Assembly: GCA_963813715.1 (NCBI GenBank) | Contig: CAWFAK010000012.1 | Span: 256,001 to 320,000 of the forward strand | DNA: 64,000 nucleotides | Direction: 5' to 3' | Origin: an uncultured Planctomycetaceae bacterium | Lineage (GTDB): Bacteria > Planctomycetota > Planctomycetia > Planctomycetales > Planctomycetaceae | In this document: positions 42,640-52,906 of the stretch, piece after piece | Layout: each line of letters begins with the position of its first letter | How positions within the stretch are numbered: the stretch's first letter is position 1 | Translations under genes and position numbers: made by a program | The notes under the pieces: model-generated | Told to the model about the DNA's origin: nothing | Seen by the model: the letters and a program-made list of their open reading frames with translations, nothing else | The model's database searches: none

Positions 42640-45157
42640 TTGCCGATGAAGTGCATGAATTCGCGAATGCGAGGCAGGGGCGATTTCGGCTGCAGCAGAT
42701 TCTCTTTCGCGACGGACGAGTCATCGAGCTGCGATATCGGTGACCCCGGTAGCCGTAATCATCTGCCGTCGGTCCGGCGCCGAACGATTGCAGTTCTCGC
42801 GGGCGCGGCGCTGGTCGTGACCCTGGCTGCTGTCGTTCCGCAAGCGTCGGCCGCCGACAAGGACCGCCAGAAAGTCACGGGCACGGTCGTCAAAGCGGCC
42901 GACGGAGCGCCGGTCGCCGGGGCGACTGTCTACCTGATTACACGAACGCTGATCGTGCCGCGCCCCTCGGTGCAGACCCGCTCGGATGCCGCGGGCCGCT
43001 TCACGTTTGAAGACATCCTACCCGGGACGTATCGCCTCTTCGCCGAATCGGGAAACCAGATTTCCAGTCGCCAGTGGAGCAGTACTGCGCAGTCGCTCAG
43101 GCTCAAAGCGGAGCAGGTTACGGTCAGCAGCAACGAAGTCCCACGGCCCATGACGTTGCGGCTGGTCGAGGGATGTCGTTTCCGCGTGAGCGTAAAACGG
43201 GCGGCCGACAATCGTCCCATCGCAGATGCGAAGATCCGATTTCCCTGGGGAGAGATCGATCGCCATTACGACACCGATTCCAATGGAGTCGTGATGATCG
43301 AAGGCATCCGTTCCGAGGAGCTGGTCTTTCAAGTTCGCGCGGACGGCTACGCGCTCGGCGAAAAACGTCTCGAGCAGACCCAGCCCGGCACGACCACTGA
43401 TCTGAGCTTCTCGCTCGGTCCGGGAGGCGCAGTCGAGGGCACCGTCCACGACGTCGACGGTCGGCCGCTCTTCAACGTCCGAGTCGGTGCCACCGCGAAG
43501 AGGACCCCGGCCGAACTGCACATCGGAAATTCAAAGACCGACGGCAAAGGACGATTTAAGATCGAAAACGTGCCGACCGGCGAAACGATCGAGCTGTCGA
43601 TTTACCAAAAGGACTACTTGCGGAAAGAGCAGCCGGTCACTCTCAAGCCGGACCAAAAAGACCTGACCGTCGACCTCGTCCTCGAGCGCCGGCCCAAGGG
43701 GGGATCGGTTCTGGTGACCGTGACCGGGCCCGATGGCAAGCCGGTTGCCAACGCCAGGCTGGTGAACCCGGGGACAAACAGCTCTTGGAGGCGATACGGC
43801 AAAACCGACGATCGCGGCGAGTGCCAGCTCGACGATGTCTACGACATCTTCGGGCGTCACGAGCTCGGCGTGACGGCGAAGGGTTTTGGGCCGCGCCAAC
43901 TCACGTTTGACCCCGGTCCGCCCGGCAAACCCTCGCGCCTGCAAGTTGCCCTCGAGACGGGTCACCGCATCCGCGGCCGCGTCGCCTTGGGTCCGGGTCG
44001 CTTCGCGGCCGGCGTGCGCGTCTTCTACAACCACGGCGAGCACGGCGAAGTGACCGGGGGCGATGTCCGCACTGGCCCGGACGGCCGATTTGAAATCGAC
44101 TCGCTTCCGAAAGATTGCACGTTCACGGTCTACAGCCCCAAAGGGTATGCCCCGTTCAAGGATCAACCGCTGCCGCTTGATACCGAATCGGAAGTGCTTG
44201 TCACGTTGGAAGCCGCGTCGATCGTGAGGGGGCACGTCGTCGACACCGTCACCCGCAAGCCCGTCGTTCCCTATCGCATTCGCATCATGATCGCTCACGA
44301 TCGCCGTCCGGGCGAGCCCGCGCCCGGCATGCTCACGCAACTCATCCAAGAGGGTCTCATCATCACCAAGAGCGACGGAGAGTTCGAGTTCGGCGACTTC
44401 CCCCGCGGCACGCCGTTACGGCTCATGGTCACCGCCGAAGGCTATCAAGAACCGGGCGGTCGATCGCGTGATTGCTCTCCCGAGCGACGAATTCAAACCG
44501 ATCGAAATTCGGATCCTCAAGCGCGATCCGGCCACGGTCCGCTCGGTCTCGGGCCGGCTGACGAACGCCGACGGAAAACCCGTCGTGGGGGCGCAGGTTC
44601 GTTTGTGGACGGCCACGTCCGCGCCACACGATCTCTCGATGTTCCCCTTCAACTGGACGATGATTACCTGCGGTCAACTCGAACAGAATGAATCGTGCCG
44701 GCAATTCCTGACGACGACGACCGACGACAGCGGCCGCTTTCGATTTTCAGGCGTCCGCATCGCCTTTTACGCCGAGATCGACTACTGGGGCACGGGCATC
44801 GCCCCGGGCCGCGAGCCGATCGGATTCGCGCCTGAGGCCTCGCGGGCCAAGGATTTCGACTTCCGCGCCAAGGCCCCGGCCCGGCTGATCATCGAAGTCG
44901 ATCGTGAAGCCTGGCCGAAGGCCGCCCAAATCACGATCAGCGCCAGCCTGCCGACGCTCGACTATCAAATTCGCAACCTGCGAGCGGGCGAGTCAACGGT
45001 CACCTTCGACGACCTGCCGGCGGGCAATTTTCAGGTCTTCCTGCAAAACGCCGGACACAACATCGGCGGCGGCCGGCTCGCAATCGACACGCTCAGCCGC
45101 AGCCAAGCCGTCTTGCAATCGAGTAAGACGGCGGCGGTTCGATTTGGGAAGCCATAG
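42640..45157 (+). CDS. Secreted carboxypeptidase-regulatory-like (beta-sandwich) repeat protein, paralog 1; frameshift near 44450
   Basis: Repeated G.V.D..G.P...A.V and TD..GRF motifs; ORFs 42640..44691 and 44468..45157 join. Confidence 0.8.
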
Positions 45158-45198
45158 CCGGGTATTTACAACACGCATCGAGGTCCGCATCAGGCGAT

Positions 45199-45388
45199 CG
45201 GCATCGACAGCCTCAAAATCCTCGACCAGGCGTTCGAGGCCGTGAAGACTTTCCAACCCCTCGACTCAGAACAAATCGCCGCTCTCTTGAAAAAGACGGC
45301 CCGAGCCGCCGAGAACGGCCGCTTCGAGCCGTTCAAAACGACGAGCGGCTTCGACGCGACGGCGAAGCATCCGGAGTGGCTGGGGTAA
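45199..45388 (+). repeat. Direct repeat copy 2 (orphan aldo/keto reductase 3' end)
   Basis: Encodes GIDSLKILDQAFEAVK...KHPEWLG* with no 5' part. Confidence 0.95.
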
Positions 45389-45432
45389 GCGGACGTTTGC
45401 GTGCACTGCGGCCGTAGACGAACAACCGGAGC

Positions 45433-46113
45433 CTATGAGGCCCGTTGCGTGCGTTTTCGGATTGCAATGATTTCCGCCGCGTCGACTTTCCATTGCTGAC
45501 CGACTTTTTTGACGGTGATTGGAAACGGAAAATCGGCGGTAATGAGTTTCACCTGGCCGTCGGCCGCATGGTCCGACACACGTCCGATCCGATTAGAGTT
45601 GGAAATGTGGCTCAGTTGAACGGCAACTTCCGCCGGGTAGGCCCCTTGCCAAAGGATCTCTGCGTCAGGGTGGTCCACGATCAGGGGCTCGATCTGACTG
45701 CGACTCCCGGTAAGCAACGCTGCCAGCAGTTGTCGCATGGTTTGCTCCGGTTCGGCATCCTCCGGCACCACTCGCGGTTGGATTGATTCAAGAATCTCTT
45801 CGTAGGAATGCGTTCTGGCGCTGTTGGAGAATTGCACCAGGAGGCTCAACAATCTGTCAGTCGCTTCGTCGTCGTCCCGAGAACACGACTTGAGCACATA
45901 AGGCCAGATGTAATTCTCCGGGAATCCGAAGTGCCTGGCGACGTAACGGCTGAACGCTTTCCAGCCGTCATTGCTTAACGGGCAGCTCGTCGATGCGTGG
46001 GCAAAGCCGGACAAATACGCGCTGACTTCCAAGAACGACCCGTCGCACACATACATGCTGCGGCGTTTGCAGATGCTTTCGACTAATTCGATGAATTTGT
46101 CTGTTGCATCCAT
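45433..46113 (-). CDS. Hypothetical protein
   Basis: ATG at 46113 (MDATDKFIELVESICKRRSMY...); visibly more AT-rich than the flanking core genes. Confidence 0.65.
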   Translation of the reverse strand: MDATDKFIELVESICKRRSMYVCDGSFLEVSAYLSGFAHASTSCPLSNDGWKAFSRYVARHFGFPENYIWPYVLKSCSRDDDEATDRLLSLLVQFSNSARTHSYEEILESIQPRVVPEDAEPEQTMRQLLAALLTGSRSQIEPLIVDHPDAEILWQGAYPAEVAVQLSHISNSNRIGRVSDHAADGQVKLITADFPFPITVKKVGQQWKVDAAEIIAIRKRTQRAS

Positions 46114-46305
46114 TGCGGACGAGTTCCCGGATGAAAGAGCGTCGCAAAGATAAGGAGCGATTGCCCGTCTTGCCCGGCTACTCAGACACTTGACCCGCTG
46201 CCGATTGTCCGTTTTACGATCGGGAGTACAAGAAAAAAATCCCAAGCCAAACTCCGGGCTGGTTTGCCGCGGGACAGCGCCGCCGTAACCCAGAAAAGGC
46301 GCCCG

Positions 46306-46695
46306 CTAGACGCGCTCCCGCTTGCGACGGCTCTTTTTTCGGGCCTTCCAGGCGGCCCGCGCGTGCGCGCGGTCGAGCCGCGCCAGTCGGTAGCGCCGCA
46401 CGTCGAGATTGCGCTGCTGGCCGGAGGGTGCCTTCACCAGAACGAATGGGAGGCAGACGGACCGCACCCGCAGCGGCACGCCTCCGTTGTCCGGGACGAA
46501 CGGGATGCGGACCGGCTCATCCGGCCGGATTGTGCCGACTCCGCCGCACCAGAAGAAGGACGGCAGTTCGTAGACCACGTGCAGCAATGTTACATAGTCG
46601 CCGGCGCGCACATCCTCCGGGGCCAAAACCTTGGCCGTCGTTAAGTCTTTGGCGCCGGGGCGGCGCCCGGTCTTCGTCTTTCGACAACGTGGCAT
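46306..46695 (-). CDS. Hypothetical protein (basic termini, beta-rich core)
   Basis: AKVLAPEDVRAGDYV...PLRVRSVCLPFVLVK; GC-rich third codon positions. Confidence 0.6.
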   Translation of the reverse strand: MPRCRKTKTGRRPGAKDLTTAKVLAPEDVRAGDYVTLLHVVYELPSFFWCGGVGTIRPDEPVRIPFVPDNGGVPLRVRSVCLPFVLVKAPSGQQRNLDVRRYRLARLDRAHARAAWKARKKSRRKRERV

Positions 46696-47167
46696 GAGAA
46701 AGAAGACACGCATCCCACGCCGCGGTTCGCGGCGGGGGGCCCGATGATTGCCCAACGGCATGCACACCAGCCGCCCTCGAGCAGTGTTGGGTCCGCGACC
46801 GGATCGAGCGTCCAACTCAATTCCGGAGTGTGTTTTCCGGCAATGTTGAGAATCTGTTGAGAGAAGTTATGTGCGGCCACGGCCCACGTCGATCCTGGCG
46901 ATCTTCTGGCAGACCAGCACGAAACGGGAAAAGCGTTCCATGCCCTCGGGGCACACCCACACGTAGGCCTTCCCGCAGTGGGCCCAGTAGCAAGCGTTCT
47001 TCGGCACGTCGCGCCGCGAACAGCCCGCCAGATGTTCGGCGGCTTGCCGCGTGCCCACGTAGTGGTGCGACCACCCTGGAACGCGATGGGATCCTTTATG
47101 ATTGCGGGCGAATCCCCACGATCGACCCGTCAAGCCAGCGCGGTTGCGCCAGTATACTGACTCCGCC

Positions 47168-47941
47168 ATGATTGAACTCGGGCATGTTTGCGAAATCGTG
47201 CGGTATCCTGTCAAGTCCATGGCGGGCACCCCCACGGAGTCGGCAGTTCTCGGGTGGCACGGACTTGAGGGAGATCGACGATTTGCCTTGCGGCGGCTGG
47301 GAGACGAGAGCGGCTTCCCGTGGCTGACGGCCAGTCGCCTCCCCGATCTCGTTCTCTACCACCCGGTCGGGCTGGACGATCGTGCCGGCGAGCCACTTCC
47401 GACTCATGTCCGCACGCCGGCCGGAGCCCACGTCGAACTGGGAAGCGAGGAGCTCGAGGCTGAACTCGCCGAGCGTTTCGGGGGCGGCTTGGAATTGATG
47501 AAGCTCAAACACGGAATCTTCGACGAGGCGGTACTCTCAGTCATCAGTCTGGCGACGATTGCGGGCATCGGCCGGGAGATCGGACTCGATCTCGATCGGC
47601 GGCGCTTCCGAGCCAACATCTTCGTGAAGACGGAGCGGACCGAGCCGTTTCTGGAGGACGGATGGGTCGGGCGGACGCTGGCCTTTGGCGACAGAGAGCC
47701 GCAGCCGGCCGTGAGCGTCACGCTGTGCGATCAGCGCTGCACGATGGTCAACATCGACCCGGAGACGGGAGCACAAGATCCGCGGGTCATGAAGGCGGTC
47801 GTGCGCCTCAACCAGAACAACGCGGGCGTCTACGCGACGGTGGTGCGAAGCGGGACGATCCGTGTTGGTGATCGAGTGAGCCTTGTGCCCGGCGCACTGG
47901 CCGGTCACAACGACCGACCAGAGGAGTCGATACGTCGATGA
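47168..47941 (+). CDS. MOSC domain protein
   Basis: RYPVKSM.G, GDRRF, RRFRANI, RC.MVN.DP and G.IRVGD. Confidence 0.92.
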   Translation: MIELGHVCEIVRYPVKSMAGTPTESAVLGWHGLEGDRRFALRRLGDESGFPWLTASRLPDLVLYHPVGLDDRAGEPLPTHVRTPAGAHVELGSEELEAELAERFGGGLELMKLKHGIFDEAVLSVISLATIAGIGREIGLDLDRRRFRANIFVKTERTEPFLEDGWVGRTLAFGDREPQPAVSVTLCDQRCTMVNIDPETGAQDPRVMKAVVRLNQNNAGVYATVVRSGTIRVGDRVSLVPGALAGHNDRPEESIRR

Positions 47942-48703
47942 ATGTCGCGACGTACAACATTCTGAAAGGCGGCTCGCAGCGGGTCCATTGGGTCCGGTTG
48001 ATCGAGGATTATGCCGTGGACCTCCTGCTCGTCCAGGAGTCGTACTCGCACGACGAGCATCTGCCGCCGCTTGATGTACCCGGATGCCGGAAAACGGTCG
48101 GTCTGGGAGATGGCCGAGCGGAACGGCTGGGGAAGCGCCGTCTACTCTCGCACAGGCTCGGTGAAGCGGGTCCCCGTTCCGAACTTTTCCGGCTGGGTCG
48201 TCGGCGCAGAAATCAGCGGAGCTTCATGGCGAATCGGGTTCGCCGACCCGCTGCTGGCCTTCAGCGTCCACGCTCCGTCAAAGGGAGAAGCCTACTGGAA
48301 GCAAGTGAACAAGCTGCTTGACGAGATCAAGAAACTCGCCGTAGATCGAGAGGTCGTCATCGGCGGCGACTTCAATCTCGCAGTGAGCCACTGCCCCGGA
48401 ACGGAACGACCCACATGCAAACAGGACTTGGCGATCCAGGCGAGGCTGACCGAGGAGTTCGGGCTGCTCAATTGCTGGCAGGCGGCAAATCCCAACCAGT
48501 CGCCGTGCCAGACGCTTCGGTGGACCGGCGACCGAACCATTCCTTACCACTGCGACGGCATTTTCGTGCCGAAGTCTTGGAGGCACCGGCTTCAGTCGTG
48601 CGTGGTCCTAGCAGGAGATGAGTGGAACCGCCTCAGTGACCACAACCCCGTGGTGGCGTGCTTCAGCAGCCGCCTACGTCGGGCCAAGCGTTTCCCTGAA
48701 TGA
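47938..48703 (+). CDS. Endonuclease/exonuclease/phosphatase family protein, frameshift near 48070
   Basis: ATYNI, LLVQE, GGDFN, HCDGIF and SDHNPV; ATGA overlap with the MOSC gene. Confidence 0.88.
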
Positions 48704-48757
48704 AGCGAGGAGACCGGGGTCCCGGCGCTTGATGACTCACTCCGCGTCGCCGGTTAT

Positions 48758-48862
48758 GCCGCCCTCCTAAAGAAGCCGGCCCAAGCCGCAGAACGGCCGC
48801 TTCGAGCCGTTCAAGAACGACAAGCGGCTTCGACTCGACGGCGAAGCATCCGGAGTGGCTGG
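48758..48862 (+). repeat. Direct repeat copy 3 (decayed aldo/keto reductase 3' end)
   Basis: AGAACGGCCGCTTCGAGCCGTTCAA...GGCGAAGCATCCGGAGTGGCTGG, with indels relative to copy 1. Confidence 0.9.
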
Positions 48863-49127
48863 AATGAGAGCAGCTCATAGAAGCAAACGAACTTCAGGTC
48901 GGAATGCGCACCCGTGCCGAGGCAGCCTACGCCCAGAAGTAGACCGAAACGACGCGATCAGCGTGTTGACATGCGCGCTCTGCCTGCGAGCGAGACTCTT
49001 CCTGCCCCACGCGTCGTTTCAGTTGACCCCCAAGCTTGGTGTGTTTTGGCGATCGCGGGGATAGAATTTGCGAATTGAAGGATGAAACGGCAAGAGTCAA
49101 ATAGTCGATTTCCCACGAGGACAAGCA

Positions 49128-49771
49128 ATGAGCATCGATGACCGTCTCGCACTGCTGGAAAAGAAGTTACGATTCACGCGCCTGACGCTGACAGCGCTGC
49201 TTCTTGGGCTCGCCGTGGTGTGCGCGGTTGGGGCGGGCGACCATTCACCGACCTCGTATGTCGCTCGCTGTGCGTCAAAAGCCCGGATGGTAAGACCGTG
49301 GTTGAGCTAAGTGACTCGGGAGAATTGAAGGCCAGCGGGACAATCACGGCAAACGGAGTAGACATCCTGTCCGACATCGCGAGTCAAAAGCAAGCGTTGA
49401 AGAGCCAGCAACAAGCGTTGAAGCGTCAGCAAGATGAGACTGCGAAAATGATCAATGAGGTTAAGGCCTCAGTTGCAGGTGCCACTGTGAAAGTTGGCAC
49501 GTGTGAGTGGGGGTTCGGTTTGGGGACCCAGGCGAACCGCGCGGACGTTGTGCCGCTATCCGGGAAGAGCGAGTTCATTCCGGATCGTCATTGGGGCAAG
49601 AAAGTCATTGGCGTCGTACCGATGGTCTTTGGGTGTACGAATGAGATCGTCAGCTTGAGCTACGTGGGAGCCGAGGTACACGGCGAGAATCAGATCAAGT
49701 TGACTGTTAACCCTATTCCGGGACATAGTGTCCTCATTGCCGTCCGGGCCGTTGTGTTCTATTTCGAGTAG
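49128..49771 (+). CDS. Hypothetical membrane-anchored coiled-coil protein, frameshift near 49240
   Basis: ORF 49128..49310 (TM segment) joins 49220..49771 (QKQALKSQQQALKRQQ). Confidence 0.55.
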
Positions 49772-49785
49772 GATGATGTTGCCCG

Positions 49786-49811
49786 CGCGAGGCCCGCAGT
49801 TGGGCCTCGCG
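49786..49811. terminator. Hairpin between convergent genes
   Basis: 10-bp stem CGCGAGGCCC / GGGCCTCGCG; no clear U-tract. Confidence 0.45.
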
Positions 49812-49888
49812 GGTGATTCTCTCATAGATGGTCACGGTTGTTCTACTCGCGTGGGGAGCCGGAATCGAACCTCTGGGCGCCCTTCAAG

Positions 49889-51014
49889 TCAGGTTGAGGG
49901 GTCGACATCAATTGTAAGTCGCAGGAGGCGCGATCCTGCCTCCGTTGCTATCGTCTTGTAGCGAACCCTTACGCCTTTGAACATCGGGGCATTGCGATCG
50001 AGGGTTCTCGGTGGTTCTCCGGTTTCGACCGTGGCCTCCATCTCCCAGTCGTCCGCACCCGGAGGGAGATCGATGATCGAAGTGCCGTAAGGCAGCCGGG
50101 ACCGGGCGGTTCTGTAAATGTGCCCCTGTTGCGCTGCGATCTGATCGGGGGGGGCCCCCTTCGCTAGCATGGAATCCCTCGTCGAGCCAAGGATGAGGTC
50201 CATCGAAGGGCCGCGATCAACGGTGAGGCGACTTAGCTGGCCATTCGCCCCACGCGCGGTCAGCGTGTACGCGACGGGGAAGAGGGGCTTCAACTCAAGG
50301 CTCCCGACGAAGCGCACTTTGTTCGCCCGGCCACGCTCGACCAGCTCGATCGGGACAAATTCCCTTTGCTCCTCTCGATATCGATCCACCAAGCTTGGGG
50401 CGGTGATCTCAAAAGTTACCTTGGTTTCGACGGGATTTCTGGGAACCAACGGTCCTCGCCCGTCGATCCGAAGCCCAAGCTCCGCCGCGTCTCTTGCCGT
50501 GAATGATACGCGGTGAGTATCCCCTCGTGCGAAAGATGAGTTCCGTTCCTTCCGTCTCCAGAACGTTCTTGCTCAGAAAGATGCCGGGGATGAGCGGTGG
50601 GACTGCGGCCACGACCTTCAACAATTGATTGGAAACGGCCGGCGGCAGTCGATTGAGGGACTGGCTGAACTCCTCTGTGATGGGGAACATTCTCCCCTGA
50701 ATCTCGGTGCCTGACTCCCTCACCAGCCTTGAAATCTCCTGAATTGTTTGTTTCCTCTGCTCGATGAAATCGAGGACAACCTTTTCCTCGAGGCGACCGC
50801 CTGCCTTCTCGGCCTTTTCGATGAGCTCATGGACGTCCTTCTTGGCTTGGGCGAGCAGCTTCTGAAGATCGCCGTTGTCGCCCGCAGTTTGTCTGATTTG
50901 GTCGCTGAATTTGTCAATCGCGGCGGCGGTCTCGCGTAGCCCTTTGACGTCGATATCACAACCTGTAAGGCCAAGAGCCATGCAGGCCAAGAGCCAACGG
51001 AATTTAGGCAGCAT
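49889..51014 (-). CDS. Hypothetical lipoprotein (helical N-terminal half), frameshifted near 50450-50520
   Basis: ATG at 51014 after AAGGAG; lipobox LTGC; ORFs 50409..51074 and 49889..50449. Confidence 0.6.
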
Positions 51015-51355
51015 ACGATGCTCCTTTCGGGTCTCCCAAACGTGATATGCCCAATTCGACGTGCGTCGCTGCATTGCAAGGCCGCCCGCGGTACGGAGCC
51101 CCTAACTTGCGATTATCTTGCGGGATCTCACAAATAGAGGCTAGGCATCGCTCGTCAGTTGACCAAACTCCCCAAAGGCCAACAAGTCCTGCGGGCGGCG
51201 GGTGCCACGGGCGGGGCCTCGCCCGCCCGTGCTCTGGGCGTTGGAATCACGCGACGAATGGGTCGATGATTTGGGCCTAACTCCCCGCGTCTATTAAGGC
51301 ACTGGCGGGCCAAAGGAGTGGCACCCAGCCGAAGGAACCGGGTGAGTTCGAGCTT

Positions 51356-51844
51356 ATGTCTCTCCCGTCGATCCGTCAGCGGGTGCTCGCCGACTTCGCG
51401 TTGTACGCACTTCGCTTCAAACTCATCGAAGCGGCGAAAGTCGTGTCGTGGGCGGACGAGCTCATCGCGGATTCGGAGTCTCCACCTCCGTGGATGGTCG
51501 ACCTATCGCTTGTCGACAAGTCGGACCCTCATGCGACTCTAGTGCTCCTTCGCCAAGTCCCAGGCGAGCCCAATCTCGAGGAGTCGCTTGATCTCCTGAA
51601 CGGCCTGGTCTTACGCGAGTGGAGGAACGGCCGTTTAACGATCGGCGAAGTGCGAGGCATTGGATGGGTGTTGTACATGGACAACGTCGAGCGGCCCGAT
51701 TCCAGCAAATGGGGCGTCGTTGTCGAGTGCAAGGGCGAGGAAATGGACAACGGATACCTCTCGGAGGCGCAATTGCGCGACGTCATCGACAACCAACTCG
51801 CCCGTTTTGAGCCGGAACTTCGCAGGCTTCCTGACTGGGCATAA
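51356..51844 (+). CDS. Hypothetical helical protein
   Basis: 162-aa ORF with protein-like composition; flanked by degenerate REP-like sequences near 51200-51330 and 51845-51870. Confidence 0.6.
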   Translation: MSLPSIRQRVLADFALYALRFKLIEAAKVVSWADELIADSESPPPWMVDLSLVDKSDPHATLVLLRQVPGEPNLEESLDLLNGLVLREWRNGRLTIGEVRGIGWVLYMDNVERPDSSKWGVVVECKGEEMDNGYLSEAQLRDVIDNQLARFEPELRRLPDWA

Positions 51845-52071
51845 CCAAGCGTGGCCGCGGCTAGTGCCACTCCCTGCCTTTGGCCAAATGCGACGACAAA
51901 TTTCCCAACTTGTTTCTGAGCGCGTAGAAACTCGATCTTGGCGATTTGCGTTTTGGGCTTTACGTTCGAAATCAGGGGCCGCCCTCACTCCTGGCCAAGC
52001 GGTCGGGGTGCGCGCCGGCGTGTCCCAGGTCAAATATCTGCGAACTGATGGGCAGCAATCGCGTTGGCTGT

Positions 52072-52680
52072 GGGACGGGACACTTTGTTTCAACGGAAAA
52101 GCCCGGAGAACCTCTCGCGAGGACACCGAAGCACCCGACAGCTGATCCGCCGCGGCGGATCGGCTCGCCTGGGGTCCAAGATCAGAAGCTCGCAATCTCG
52201 ACTTTGGACTTTGGACGGGCGGGACTTTGGACCAACTACGGGACGGGACTCGTTGTTTCACCGAGAAAAGCTCGAAGAATGCGGGGGTGGAAAGAGGTTG
52301 GCCGGCGGGTCGGGACACTTTGTTTCAGCTGATTCGTTTAAGTCGGGGAAGTTGACCCAGCGAAGTAGCTAAGGCCCACCGCGGGACGGGACACGTTGCT
52401 TTACCGAGAAAAGCCCGGAGGAATCGCCCTCACCCGACTCGACTGAGCTCGTCGCAGGTCGGCTCTCTCCCATCCGAAACGGACGGGCGAAGGGGGAGCG
52501 TGGGACGGGACACGTGAGCGATCGGCGACAGGCGATGATTGGACAGCCGTTGGCCGGTGGGGAACAGGATCCCCGGCGGGAATGAAATTGGATCCCCGCC
52601 GGTGGTGGGGATCCGTTTTCACTAAGGGAGAAAGAAGATCCCCGGCAAGGTCAGACAAGGAGTTGGCCGGGACCGGACAC
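52072..52680 (+). repeat. Irregular non-coding direct-repeat array (GGGACGGGACAC.TTGTTTCACCGAGAAAAGC consensus)
   Basis: Copies start at 52072, 52240, 52307, 52383 and 52502, with a partial copy at 52669. Confidence 0.8.
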
Positions 52681-52712
52681 GAGACAAATATTGGCAATTC
52701 TCAGTTCTTAGT

Positions 52713-52794
52713 GGGTGGCACTGGCGGCTTGTCCGCCAGTGTGGCTTTCGCATTCAGAAGAAAACCACTGGCGGACGAGCCGCCAGTGCCACCC
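52713..52794. repeat. REP-like palindromic doublet (family A)
   Basis: GGGTGGCACTGGCGGCTTGTCCGCCAGTG ... CACTGGCGGACGAGCCGCCAGTGCCACCC. Confidence 0.85.
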
Positions 52795-52906
52795 AATCGC
52801 GAGGTAACGGCAGAAAATAGCAGCAGGTTGACGACGGTCGCTCTTGGTAAACTGGTGTCGCCGCGTCGAGGCCAGTCAGGAGCTGTTCCGAGTCAGGGAG
52901 CTGCCG

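Noticed and set aside
42068..45388. Diversity-generating retroelement (TR/VR pair plus the RT at 10267)
   Set aside because: Only 1 of the 8 differences falls at an adenine of the non-coding copy, and the RT has retron motifs and lies over 30 kb away
49845..49885. tRNA fragment / att site (GGTTCGATTCC on the minus strand)
   Set aside because: The T-arm stem does not pair beyond 2 bp and no cloverleaf can be formed
45389..51870. Integron cassette array
   Set aside because: No integron integrase, genes in mixed orientation, and no consistent attC R/L boxes seen
52072..52680. CRISPR array
   Set aside because: Repeats are variably truncated with irregular spacing (about 67-168 bp), and no cas genes are present
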